From IMG/VR virus record IMGVR_UViG_3300033416_000019, positions 1 through 38,464 of that record: a stretch of DNA of 38,464 nucleotides; one strand, 5' to 3'. The stretch's first letter is position 1, and the number at the start of each line of letters is the position of its first letter. The notes under the pieces were generated by a model. It did no database searches. It saw only the letters and a list, made by a program, of their open reading frames with translations, and was not told where the DNA came from. The stretch is from a virus. Its lineage: Duplodnaviria > Caudoviricetes. Of the stretch, positions 9,481 through 18,820 are shown in pieces. A program made the position numbers and the translations under genes.

Positions 9481-12400
9481 ATGGCTCTATCAGCAAAGTG
9501 CGGCAGTTTCAATGCCGATACAGCAAAGACCGCCGGACAGACGCAGGCTATCACTGGGCTTGGGTTCACACCCAAGCTTGTTTTGTTCTGGTGGAGCGGC
9601 TCAACGCGCACAAGCGACGGCGTTGCTGGTGGCGATGTCAGCATGGGCTTCGGTGCGGCAAGTTCTGCATCAAGCCGTAGTTGTGTTGCTACGTTCAGCC
9701 TGGACGCCGGGGCCAAGGCTTACTCTGACCACCTAGACTCCCTTACCTGTTGTATCTACGTCTACTCCGCTGCTGCCACGTGCGGCGGTAGCTTCGACCT
9801 GACTTCACTGGACTCCGGTGGCTTCACCCTTGACGTAATCACGCAGTTCGCTGCTGCCACACGCATCTCCTACCTAGCGCTTGGTGGTACGGATATCTCC
9901 AACGTCTACATCGGGTCGCGGTTGATGGCAACCGCCACCGGGAACTATGACACGACTGACGTTGGGTTCCAGCCGGACGCTGCGTTGTTCTTCAGCGCAG
10001 TCACAGCGGCGCATGATACAGACTACGTTACTCAATACATTTCACTCGGTTGGGCTACAGCGTCGGATAAGCAGGGTGTTATCTCAGGCTCTGCAGCCAA
10101 CAACGTCGCCACGTCCAACACGACTGGCTACGGGTACAACGGGGAAGTAATAGCCATAGCCACCCCTGCGCTGGGGTGTATGTACCGCCACTCCTTCACC
10201 TCATTCCTGTCCAACGGCTTCCGCCTCAACCGTCTGGAAGGGACGGTCGCCTATTACTTCACCTACGTCTGTATCAAGGGCGGGAGCTTCGCTGCTGGTG
10301 ACTTAACCACGCGTACCGACGGGAATGATATCGCTGAAGTTGTCGGCTTCCAGCCAACAGCGATCCTGTTCGGCAGCGCTAACCGTGCTCTCAGTACCCA
10401 GGACACACTCACCGATCATTCTTCCCTAAGCATCGGTGCGGCCACTGCCACTGACAACCGCACCTGCCAAGCGGAGTGGGATGAGGATGCTCTTGCTGAT
10501 TCGGAAACCGCTACCGCGTATTATGACGCTGCCTGCTACGCCAACATCGCTCACGATGCTATTGTAGCCCTGATGGATCTGAAGTCCATCGACAGCAGTG
10601 GCTTCACCTGCGTCATGGATGATACAGAGGCGTCGGCGTCCTGGGTGACGTACCTAGCCTTCGGTAATCAGATCCCAGTGGAGAGCGAGTCCGAATCGGC
10701 AAGCCCATCCACCAGCGCTAGTACAAGCGCAAGTACGTCGGCTAGCACCAGCGCAAGTACGTCGGCTAGTGCATCGGCTAGTAAGTCGGCTAGCGCGTCA
10801 GAGAGCGCAAGTGAGAGCGCAAGCGAGAGCGTATCTCCTAGCGCCTCTGAGAGCGCGTCGATATCGCCGTCGGAGTCGGAGAGCGCCAGTCCATCCCTAT
10901 CAGAGAGTGCCAGTGAGAGCGTGTCTCCTAGCACTTCGGAGAGCGCTAGCCCTAGCGTTAGCCCAAGCTTGTCTGAAAGCGCTAGTGAGAGTGTCAGTCC
11001 TAGCCTCTCTGAAAGTGCTAGTGAGAGTGTCAGCCCAAGTGTCTCTGAGAGCGCTAGCGAGTCAGTATCGCCGTCACTGAGCGAGTCGGCTTCTGAGAGC
11101 GTTTCGCCAAGCGTTAGTGAGAGCGCGTCGGAGAGCGTCAGCCCATCGGTATCCGAGAGTGTGTCTCCATCGGTTAGCGAATCAGCTAGCCCGTCTTTAT
11201 CAGAGAGCGCCAGCCCAAGTATATCTGAATCCGTCTCACCTAGCGCCAGTGAGAGCGTGTCTCCTAGCGTGTCTGAAAGCGCTAGTGAGAGTGTCAGCCC
11301 GTCGGTATCTGAGAGCGTCAGCGAGAGCGTCAGCCCTAGCCTCAGTGAGAGCGCTAGCCCGTCGGTATCAGAGAGTGTCAGCCCAAGCCTGTCTGAGAGC
11401 GTCAGCCCATCGCTGTCTGAAAGCGTGTCTCCGTCAGAATCCGAGAGCGTTAGCCCGTCGGTATCGGAGAGCGCCAGCGAGTCGGTAAGCCCTAGCGTCT
11501 CTGAAAGCGCATCCGAGAGTGCTAGCCCAAGTCTGTCTGAGAGCGCTAGCCCGTCCGCTAGCGAGAGCGTATCACCGTCGGTTAGTGAAAGCGTATCACC
11601 TAGCCTATCGGAGAGTGTTAGTCCATCTCTATCAGAGAGCGTTAGTCCATCTCTATCTGAAAGCGTCAGCCCTAGCCTGTCTGAGAGCGTCAGTGAAAGC
11701 GCTAGCCCAAGTGGTGGTGAGAGTGCCAGCGAGTCAGCGTCGCCATCGCTTTCTGAAAGCGCTAGCCCATCTCTATCAGAGAGTGCGTCGCCGTCGGTGT
11801 CTGCATCGGTGTCTGCATCGGTTAGCGCATCGGCATCAGAGTCGGTTAGTCCGTCGGAGTCGGAGAGTGTATCACCCTCTGGGTCAGAAAGCGTGTCTCC
11901 GTCAGAATCCGAGAGCGTCTCACCATCGGTATCTGAGAGTGTGTCTCCGTCGGAGTCGGAGAGCGTCTCCCCTTCAGAATCAGAGAGTGTATCACCTTCA
12001 GAATCCGAGAGCGTCTCTCCGTCTATCAGTGAGAGCGTCAGCCCATCCGCCTCAGAGTCAGTCAGCCCCTCCGTCTCTGAGAGCGCTTCTGAGAGCGCGT
12101 CGGCGTCCGCTGGCAGTGCATCGGAGTCCGCTTCCCCTAGTCTCAGTGAGTCCGTCAGCCCTAGCGTCAGCGCCTCAGCTTCCGAGAGTGCGTCGCCGTC
12201 GGTATCAGAGTCGGCCAGCGAGAGCGTGTCCCCGTCTGTCTCTGAGAGCGCTTCGCCGTCAGCGTCTGCAAGTGTTAGCCCTTCTGCATCAGAGAGCGTA
12301 AGTGAAAGCGCTTCGCCGTCTGTCAGCGCAAGCGCTAGCCCATCGGTCTCCGCAAGCGCTTCAGAGAGCGTCAGCCCATCTGTCTCTGAGAGCGCTTCTG

Positions 12401-12546
12401 AGAGCGCGTCGGTCAGCCCGTCGGTATCTGAGAGCGTCAGCGAGAGCGCGTCGCCCAGTCCCGCTGGCGCAGGTCTAGTCGCTCCGATCATCAGCTCTAT
12501 GGGCATTTTCAGTGTGATAATGGGTGGGGGTATCATCAGTGGATAG
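9481..12546 (+). CDS. Serine-rich repeat (mucin-like) putative virion protein, 1021 aa
   Basis: About 400-aa beta-rich N-domain with three GF[TQ]P repeats, then about 590 aa of (S-X)n and a short hydrophobic C-terminus. No signal peptide or LPXTG. Confidence 0.88.
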   Translation: MALSAKCGSFNADTAKTAGQTQAITGLGFTPKLVLFWWSGSTRTSDGVAGGDVSMGFGAASSASSRSCVATFSLDAGAKAYSDHLDSLTCCIYVYSAAATCGGSFDLTSLDSGGFTLDVITQFAAATRISYLALGGTDISNVYIGSRLMATATGNYDTTDVGFQPDAALFFSAVTAAHDTDYVTQYISLGWATASDKQGVISGSAANNVATSNTTGYGYNGEVIAIATPALGCMYRHSFTSFLSNGFRLNRLEGTVAYYFTYVCIKGGSFAAGDLTTRTDGNDIAEVVGFQPTAILFGSANRALSTQDTLTDHSSLSIGAATATDNRTCQAEWDEDALADSETATAYYDAACYANIAHDAIVALMDLKSIDSSGFTCVMDDTEASASWVTYLAFGNQIPVESESESASPSTSASTSASTSASTSASTSASASASKSASASESASESASESVSPSASESASISPSESESASPSLSESASESVSPSTSESASPSVSPSLSESASESVSPSLSESASESVSPSVSESASESVSPSLSESASESVSPSVSESASESVSPSVSESVSPSVSESASPSLSESASPSISESVSPSASESVSPSVSESASESVSPSVSESVSESVSPSLSESASPSVSESVSPSLSESVSPSLSESVSPSESESVSPSVSESASESVSPSVSESASESASPSLSESASPSASESVSPSVSESVSPSLSESVSPSLSESVSPSLSESVSPSLSESVSESASPSGGESASESASPSLSESASPSLSESASPSVSASVSASVSASASESVSPSESESVSPSGSESVSPSESESVSPSVSESVSPSESESVSPSESESVSPSESESVSPSISESVSPSASESVSPSVSESASESASASAGSASESASPSLSESVSPSVSASASESASPSVSESASESVSPSVSESASPSASASVSPSASESVSESASPSVSASASPSVSASASESVSPSVSESASESASVSPSVSESVSESASPSPAGAGLVAPIISSMGIFSVIMGGGIISG
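10684..12459 (+). repeat. (Ser-X)n coding repeat, units such as [12 protein letters not shown]
   Basis: Ser at almost every second codon with X = E, A, P, V, L or T. TCN and AGY codons are mixed. Confidence 0.97.
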
Positions 12547-13147
12547 CATAAGGATGTTCAATAAGATCAGGAAGACGTACAACCCTGGGCTGGATAAGGT
12601 GCCGCCTATCAGGTTGGCTAAGTGGCGAAGGGATGTGCTTATCGCGAACCTGGGGGCGTGTGGGTTTACGCGCGGTGCGGAGCTTGGGGTGCGCGAGGGG
12701 TTAGGCGCACTGAAGATGTGCCAAATGATGCCGGGGCTACATCTAATCCTGGTGGATCCGTGGGACGTATGGCCTGGACATAAGGACATGGATGGCCATG
12801 CTGACGACCCGTTGCTGTTCTTGGAAGAGGCGCAGGAGCGACTGAGAGGGTATGACTGCGAGTTCATACGGGCCAAGAGTGCGGACTACGCCAGCAATGT
12901 GCCGGACGCTTCGCTGGACTTTGTGTACATCGATGGCGATCATAGCTTCGACGGCACTATGCTAGACCTGATCCTTTGGGCACCGAAGGTCAGGGTAGGC
13001 GGCGTGATATCTGGCGATGGGTACAAGCACTATAGATACACCGGGGTGATCCCAGCTGTAGATACCTACACACGGCAGCACTTGGTTCATGAGTGGTACA
13101 TCACTGGTGAGATGGACTCAACCTACTTCTGGAGGAAGAATGGTTAA
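12524..13147 (+). CDS. Class I SAM methyltransferase (Methyltransf_24-like)
   Basis: [31 protein letters not shown]. The real start may be 12539 or 12554. Confidence 0.9.
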   Translation: MGVSSVDSIRMFNKIRKTYNPGLDKVPPIRLAKWRRDVLIANLGACGFTRGAELGVREGLGALKMCQMMPGLHLILVDPWDVWPGHKDMDGHADDPLLFLEEAQERLRGYDCEFIRAKSADYASNVPDASLDFVYIDGDHSFDGTMLDLILWAPKVRVGGVISGDGYKHYRYTGVIPAVDTYTRQHLVHEWYITGEMDSTYFWRKNG

Positions 13148-15212
13148 GGATCGCGTTTCAGTTATCATACCGGGTCGGTGTGAGCCATACTTCCAGCAGA
13201 CCATAGACTCTGTGTTGGATAGGGCCACCGGGGACATAGAAGTAATCGCTATTGTAGATGGCCCAGGGCAGGAGCCGCCACTGCACAGTGATGACCCAAG
13301 GGTGAAGATCATCGTTCTCGATAAGAGTATCGGCCAGCGGGCAGCGTACAACCTGGGCGTTCGCGAAAGCACTGGGCAATACATAATGAAGATCGATGCC
13401 CACGCTTTGTTCAGTGGCGGCTTTGATGATATACTGAAAGCGAACTGTCCAGAGAAGACGATAGTGCTGCCGGAGATGCGGCGGCTCAATGTGCATACAT
13501 GGCAGGATAAGTCGCGCGGCAGGACGCACTTCATGCACATCGGGCTGGACTTATACTGTCACTACTGGAGCGAATACCGTAGGAGGCCAGAGGCCAAGGT
13601 TGAGTATCCAGAGGTGATGACGGGGCAGGGGTCATGCTGGTTCACAACGCGGGAATGGAATGACTACATTGGCCTGCTGGATGAGCGTGTCGGTTCATGG
13701 GGAAATGTAGGCATTGAGGTCAGCCTACGTACATGGTTGTGCGGTGGTAGCCAGATCGTCAATAAGCACTGCTGGCAGGCTCACTGGTTCAGGAAGGATG
13801 AAGGCGGCTTCACCTACCCGATGGATGGCAGGCAGGTCGCCAAAGCGCATAAGTTCACTAGGGATAATTACTACTTCAAGGATGATGCCTTTGAGCATCA
13901 GGTTAGGCCGTTCTCTTGGATCATTGATAAGTTCGCTCCGGTGCCTGGATGGGAGGCATATTCAGTGGATCACTTTGAGACTAGCAGGGCAATCATCTAT
14001 TACACCGACCACCACATTGACGAAAGGCTAGCTGCAGCCTGCCGTAAGGTACTGGCTGAAGCTGCTGGCCCGATACCTATCATCAGTGTATCGCAGAAGC
14101 CGCTGAACTTCGGGAAGAATATCTGTGTTGGGGAGAAGCCAAGGAGTAATAGGAGTATCTATGAGCAGATACTGGCTGGGTTGGAAGCTGCGCCGGAGGG
14201 GGCGGTGATCTACCTAGCGGAGCATGATGTCGCGTATACCCCGTCGCACTTCGCCTACGTCCCGGAGGTGAAGGATAGACTAGACTACAATCAGAATAGG
14301 TATTACTGGGCACCTGGGCAGACGGAGTACCTTCCGGCACGCGGGCAGTGGCCGCTCAGCCAGCTTGTAGCCTATCGTGAGTTTCTGATCGAGAAGGTGA
14401 AGGAGTCGCTGGCTGCAGATGAGCCATCGTCGGAGATGTACCACTGCAGGACAGCGAAGTTTGAGAGTGATCGGCCCAATGTTGATATCAGGCATGGGCT
14501 GAACTTCTCAAAGGACGGCAGGTGGAAGCGGGAGTACGCCGCTGGCAGGGCGGAGTCCACTGTCGGCAACATCGGCCACTGGGGATCGCCGCGTTGGTTC
14601 CAGAAGAAACTTGGGTGGACGCCGACTCCCGAAGAGGTCGGGCTGTCCCCTTTAGCGCGATACCTGCGTAGGGACTATGGGCTAGATCGCTTTCGCCCTG
14701 GCCCGATACGGGTGAAGGATATGCACCGTGGCGATGTGTCCAGGTTGATTGGGCTGATGGGGTTGACTAAAGGCGCGGAGATTGGGGTAGCTGGCGGTGA
14801 GCACTCAGAGATCATCCTGAAGAATATCGAAGGGTGTGAGTTGTTATGTATAGATACCTGGGGGACGTCGTGGTCGAAGAAGCTGTACGAGCCAGCGGTG
14901 AAACGGTTGGCTCCGTACAACGCTAAGATCATACGGGCGTCGTCTATGGAGGCGGCCCGCGATGTGCCGGATGGGTCGCTTGACTTTGTATACATCGACG
15001 CCAGCCATGAGTTCGACAACGTGATGGAAGACCTGATCACTTGGTCACGTAAGGTGAAGAAGGGCGGTATCGTCAGCGGTCACGATTATGACAAGCCACA
15101 TCGGAAGGGCGTAGTCCCCGCGGTGGACTTGTACACCAAGATGCATGGCATACAAGAATGGTTTCTCACCGATCAGGTACGCGAAGCGTCGTACATGTGG
15201 GTGAAGCCATAG
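13140..15212 (+). CDS. Three-domain enzyme: ppGalNAc-T-like GT-A + second GT-A-like domain + SAM methyltransferase
   Basis: Domain 1: SVIIP, KIDAH, WG...E.SLRTWLCGG, HWFRK. Domain 2: IIYYTD...YLAEHDV.Y. Domain 3: GAEIGV, LDFVYIDASH, GG..SGHDY. GGAGGA precedes ATG 13140. Confidence 0.88.
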   Translation: MVKDRVSVIIPGRCEPYFQQTIDSVLDRATGDIEVIAIVDGPGQEPPLHSDDPRVKIIVLDKSIGQRAAYNLGVRESTGQYIMKIDAHALFSGGFDDILKANCPEKTIVLPEMRRLNVHTWQDKSRGRTHFMHIGLDLYCHYWSEYRRRPEAKVEYPEVMTGQGSCWFTTREWNDYIGLLDERVGSWGNVGIEVSLRTWLCGGSQIVNKHCWQAHWFRKDEGGFTYPMDGRQVAKAHKFTRDNYYFKDDAFEHQVRPFSWIIDKFAPVPGWEAYSVDHFETSRAIIYYTDHHIDERLAAACRKVLAEAAGPIPIISVSQKPLNFGKNICVGEKPRSNRSIYEQILAGLEAAPEGAVIYLAEHDVAYTPSHFAYVPEVKDRLDYNQNRYYWAPGQTEYLPARGQWPLSQLVAYREFLIEKVKESLAADEPSSEMYHCRTAKFESDRPNVDIRHGLNFSKDGRWKREYAAGRAESTVGNIGHWGSPRWFQKKLGWTPTPEEVGLSPLARYLRRDYGLDRFRPGPIRVKDMHRGDVSRLIGLMGLTKGAEIGVAGGEHSEIILKNIEGCELLCIDTWGTSWSKKLYEPAVKRLAPYNAKIIRASSMEAARDVPDGSLDFVYIDASHEFDNVMEDLITWSRKVKKGGIVSGHDYDKPHRKGVVPAVDLYTKMHGIQEWFLTDQVREASYMWVKP

Positions 15213-15223
15213 GAGAGTAGGCA

Positions 15224-16576
15224 ATGGGTTGTCCAAGTGAAGTTTACATAGGCGATAACTTGGTATTCTCGATAACAACGCACCATCCAGATACGCTGGA
15301 GGCATCGGACGCCGACGAAAATCCCATATACCGCGTGTATGAGGAAGAGACAGGGACTCCTATCCTTACTGGCGAGATGACCAAGCTGGATGATGCCAAC
15401 ACTGTCGGCTTCTATACAGAACTCATTGCCTGCACAGCAGCTAATGGCTTTGAGCACAAAAAGACGTACAACATTTATATCAGGGCGATAGTCAATCTGG
15501 CTCCTGGCACTATCTCGTTTGCGTTCAGGGCACTGGATGGGGCGGTGCTATACGCTACACAGGGTGCTATCACCTGGGGCCAGCAGAAGATCGCGGCAAA
15601 CGTGGCTAGCCAGGGGGCGCTTGATATTCGCAACTCCCACGCCTCTGGTTATGGCATGTATAACAATGGGGCCACCGGACAGCTAAACTTCGGTACTGCC
15701 ATTGGCCAGCTAAATAGTGGCGCATCACAGGGGCAGAAGAACTACTCATCGGGCGGCGACGGGATGTTATGCCAGGGGGCAGGTATGAATAGCCGTGGCA
15801 TATGCGGTACTGGCGTGAAATACGGGTTGGAGTTCTTAGGAGCCACAGCAGCTGTCGAACCCATGTGGGCGCTTGAAGCCACGTTGACCAAGATCAAGAA
15901 GTGGCTGCAACTTCTGTTCCGCAAGGATGCAGCCATCAAGACGGACAACGCTACGGAGCTTGGTGAGATCAATGCTAGCGGCGGAAGCGGGGCTGGTGCA
16001 TTCGATAACGTCGCGGATAGTGTTGAGGCCATTCGTGACCGCGGCGATGCGGCATGGGCAACAGCGGCAGGGTTTGCCGTTCCGGGTGATGAGATGGATC
16101 TAGTGGATGACGCCATCACCGATATTTGGGGTCACTCATCGCGTACTCTTACCCAGTCCGCTGCCGACGTTACTGCGGCCCTGACTGGTAGCGCGCTCAG
16201 CATCAAGCGTGGCGACACGTACACCAAGACTCTCACTGGCCTGGGCAACCTGTCAGACAGGACAAAGCTCTGGCTTACCGTCAAGAAGTCGAAAGCCTCC
16301 CTGGACAGCGCAGCTACCCTGCAGCTTGTTGAAAGCACCGGCCTCACTAAACTAAACAGTGCTAACACTACAGCGGCTTGGGGTAGTCTGGTGGTGGATG
16401 ATGAGGTGGCTGGTGACGTGACTATCACCTTCGAAGCCGATGCCACGAAGGATCTTACCCCTACCAATGAAGCGGTGATGTACTATGACATCCAGAAGAA
16501 GACGGCCACTGGCATCACCACGGTCACCGAAGAGGAAGTCGAAGTCACTGACGATGTTACGAGGGCGATTGCATAA
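15224..16576 (+). CDS. Putative virion fibre/neck appendage protein with C-terminal BppU-like domain
   Basis: Gly/Asn-rich central repeats (GQLN.G). C-terminal LSIKRGDT...LTVK...G.VTIT....T..L...YYDIQ pattern. Confidence 0.55.
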   Translation: MGCPSEVYIGDNLVFSITTHHPDTLEASDADENPIYRVYEEETGTPILTGEMTKLDDANTVGFYTELIACTAANGFEHKKTYNIYIRAIVNLAPGTISFAFRALDGAVLYATQGAITWGQQKIAANVASQGALDIRNSHASGYGMYNNGATGQLNFGTAIGQLNSGASQGQKNYSSGGDGMLCQGAGMNSRGICGTGVKYGLEFLGATAAVEPMWALEATLTKIKKWLQLLFRKDAAIKTDNATELGEINASGGSGAGAFDNVADSVEAIRDRGDAAWATAAGFAVPGDEMDLVDDAITDIWGHSSRTLTQSAADVTAALTGSALSIKRGDTYTKTLTGLGNLSDRTKLWLTVKKSKASLDSAATLQLVESTGLTKLNSANTTAAWGSLVVDDEVAGDVTITFEADATKDLTPTNEAVMYYDIQKKTATGITTVTEEEVEVTDDVTRAIA

Positions 16577-16977
16577 TGGCTATCAAGGCAGGCCCACTAA
16601 GGCGTGATATAAGCGACATCATCAACGACCAGCCAATCTACGTCTATCGGTACATACTGATCTCTGGTGATGGCGTGGACACTGGTAACTCATGGCAACC
16701 CATCGGCAGCTGGAGGGGCCGCATGGATCCTATGGGCCGCGCTGTCTGGTATACCCAGCGTGGCGTAGTTGGAGAATTCGGACAACGGGTATACACTTTA
16801 CTCTTGCCGTACACCGCAGATAACAGCACTGTCATAGATACTAACCAGCTAATCGAGCTACGCACGCCATCTGGTACGTCGCTTGGGCAGTTCATCGTAG
16901 ACTGGGTGGACAGGTACTATGACGATGCCGGGAATATGTGGAAGATCGAATGTACGGTGGAAGGGTATCAAGGGTAA
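16576..16977 (+). CDS. Putative head-closure/head-tail joining protein
   Basis: 133-aa beta-rich protein immediately before the terminator and tail tube genes. Confidence 0.55.
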   Translation: MAIKAGPLRRDISDIINDQPIYVYRYILISGDGVDTGNSWQPIGSWRGRMDPMGRAVWYTQRGVVGEFGQRVYTLLLPYTADNSTVIDTNQLIELRTPSGTSLGQFIVDWVDRYYDDAGNMWKIECTVEGYQG

Positions 16978-16983
16978 TGCGCT

Positions 16984-17427
16984 ATGGCAACAACCCTGCG
17001 TCAAGCAGCTTATGCCAAGCTTAAAGATAGTAGCATTACAAGCTTGCTCAGTGGTGGGTCAAGCGGCGTCCTCCTTTCAGGGAGGGTGCAAGTGGACAGC
17101 CCATCCCCATGCATCGCTTTGGAGATGGGGCCAGAATCAGGCCGCGTCGGTGACCTGCCCTTCACCGCGCAGACCTTCAACGTATATTGCTATGCCAGGA
17201 CACCAGCGGCATCGATGTCCGACTTCACTGTCATAGACAAGATACTTAAGGCTGTGCGGGATGTCCTACATGGTGCTTCCCTCACCTTGGATGGACAAGG
17301 GAAGGTGGCGTTTGATTGCGCTTGGGATAACTATAGTAGTGGGGATAACTATGACGAGCGTAGGAGAGCGTTCTACCGATATGAGCGGTATCGTGTGTGG
17401 ATGGTATTAACCACCCACTATCATTAG
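16984..17427 (+). CDS. Putative tail terminator (completion) protein
   Basis: LRQA.Y.KL....T.LL...P.I...F.VYCY...I..AV..VL pattern, directly before the tail tube gene. Confidence 0.7.
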   Translation: MATTLRQAAYAKLKDSSITSLLSGGSSGVLLSGRVQVDSPSPCIALEMGPESGRVGDLPFTAQTFNVYCYARTPAASMSDFTVIDKILKAVRDVLHGASLTLDGQGKVAFDCAWDNYSSGDNYDERRRAFYRYERYRVWMVLTTHYH

Positions 17428-17438
17428 GAGGTTAGGGA

Positions 17439-17990
17439 ATGACCGCAACGAAGCAGTTCAAGTCCTTTGCTGTCAAGAAGGCGTATGTGGCACCGTATGC
17501 AGCTGGAGCGGCAGTTTGGGTGGAGTTCCCCCTTGTCGCTGACGGCACGCTGACCGCTACGATCCAAGAAGCAGAGGTGAGAGACGGGGAGGGGAACCTG
17601 AACCATACATGGTTCCACACTCCCGACGGCACAGTGACGTTGCGTGGTAAGCAGACTGCACTTCGCATCCTTGAGCTTGTCACCGGGAATGGTGTGTCTA
17701 GCATTTCCGGAGCGGAGAGGATGTACTTCGGTACAGATGAGGAACTCACGCCGCCTCTGGTGCGGCTGAAAATGGTGGCTACGGCCATCGACGGTAGCGA
17801 TACTGAGGGCTACATAATCGTGATCGCGTACAAGGCGCGGGGCCGCTTCCCATCCATCGGGATGGCGGAGACCACGCCCGGTGAGATCTCGATTGAGTTC
17901 CGTCTTCAGAAGTCAACCCTTGATGACCAAGGCAACACCATCCTGTCTGCGATGGGGCATCTGGACGCAGTACCAGCATCGTATGTGTAA
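17439..17990 (+). CDS. Major tail tube protein
   Basis: 183-aa beta-rich protein with the strongest RBS in the window (AGGAGGT), followed by a hairpin and the chaperone genes. Confidence 0.75.
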   Translation: MTATKQFKSFAVKKAYVAPYAAGAAVWVEFPLVADGTLTATIQEAEVRDGEGNLNHTWFHTPDGTVTLRGKQTALRILELVTGNGVSSISGAERMYFGTDEELTPPLVRLKMVATAIDGSDTEGYIIVIAYKARGRFPSIGMAETTPGEISIEFRLQKSTLDDQGNTILSAMGHLDAVPASYV

Positions 17991-18007
17991 GTAGTAAACT
18001 GATGGGC

Positions 18008-18033
18008 GGGGGTGGGGAGTGATCCTCACCCCC
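18008..18033 (+). terminator. GC-rich hairpin after the tail tube gene
   Basis: GGGGGTGGGGA-GTGA-TCCTCACCCCC, an 11-bp stem with a GNRA loop. No U-tract, so it may be an attenuator or mRNA stabiliser. Confidence 0.55.
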
Positions 18034-18062
18034 ACCCGACAATGAAGAAAAGGAGATAGAAG

Positions 18063-18596
18063 ATGACAGAGGAGTTCCTTAACGACGAACAGACGGCCTT
18101 GGGGTCAGCTGAGCTAGTTATCGGTGACCGCACCATCCCCATTGAGGAAGCCTGCACCTATAAGACCGTTGAGACTTCCAAGATGGTGATGAGGCTATTG
18201 GGGCTGATCGACATGGATGAGATCTTCCCTAAAATAGTCCTGGCGCAACAGTCTGGTGGCCAGACAGCAGTCATGGTTATGCTTGTACAGAAGCTGCTGC
18301 CGATGCTTGCCAACGACATGCCGGATACATTACTTGATCTAGCGGCGCTGGTGATGACACCGAACAGTGAGATGATGAAGTTGTACAGGAAGCCAAATGG
18401 CATCTCCTCTCTTATCAAAGATAATAAGGAGTGGTTGCTGTTCAGCGCCCCGCCAGAGGCCAGCATCCAGATCATCACTGAATTCTTCCCACACCTTGGG
18501 CTGAAGAGACTAAAAAACGTGTGGAACCCGCTCATTGCGACGATGAGCGGGGTACTGGGGATAACGAAGACGGTGGAGGACTCGTCAGCCTCTTAG
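18063..18596 (+). CDS. Tail assembly chaperone (gpG-like)
   Basis: Position after the tail tube, AAGGAG RBS, and a slippery site near the 3' end. Confidence 0.75.
   Translation: MTEEFLNDEQTALGSAELVIGDRTIPIEEACTYKTVETSKMVMRLLGLIDMDEIFPKIVLAQQSGGQTAVMVMLVQKLLPMLANDMPDTLLDLAALVMTPNSEMMKLYRKPNGISSLIKDNKEWLLFSAPPEASIQIITEFFPHLGLKRLKNVWNPLIATMSGVLGITKTVEDSSAS
18512..18518 (+). other. -1 programmed frameshift heptamer A_AAA_AAC
   Basis: X_XXY_YYZ in frame with 18063 (CTA AAA AAC). The -1 frame is open to TAG at 18814. Confidence 0.8.
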
Positions 18597-18814
18597 AAGT
18601 AATGCTCAGTGAGTTCGGGCTGAAGTTTGAGGAGGTACTGTTTGACTTCACAATAGCACAACTGGATAGCCTTGTTCTGGCAAGGATAAAAAGGAACGAG
18701 GCGATGGAGAAGGAGGGCAAGAAGGCGGCACAACGACGACAAGCCAAGACTGAGCCGGAAGCTACTCCTGGTACGATGGCGGATCTCAAGAAGATATTTG
18801 GGAATCCAAGGTAG
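18518..18814 (+). CDS. Tail assembly chaperone frameshift extension (gpT-like)
   Basis: -1 frame ORF (L.EFG...EEV..DFTIAQL...DLKKIFG) with no clear RBS of its own. Confidence 0.7.
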   Translation, partial: RVEPAHCDDERGTGDNEDGGGLVSLLEVMLSEFGLKFEEVLFDFTIAQLDSLVLARIKRNEAMEKEGKKAAQRRQAKTEPEATPGTMADLKKIFGNPR

Positions 18815-18820
18815 GGTAAA

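Noticed and set aside
10668-12536. 622-aa minus-strand ORF and Arg-rich alternative-frame ORFs over the Ser repeat
   Set aside because: Shadow frames kept open by the repetitive codons; no RBS or operon context.
9481-15212. Chromosomal serine-rich adhesin locus with accessory Sec system
   Set aside because: No signal peptide, LPXTG, secA2/secY2 or asp genes; flanked by phage neck and tail genes.
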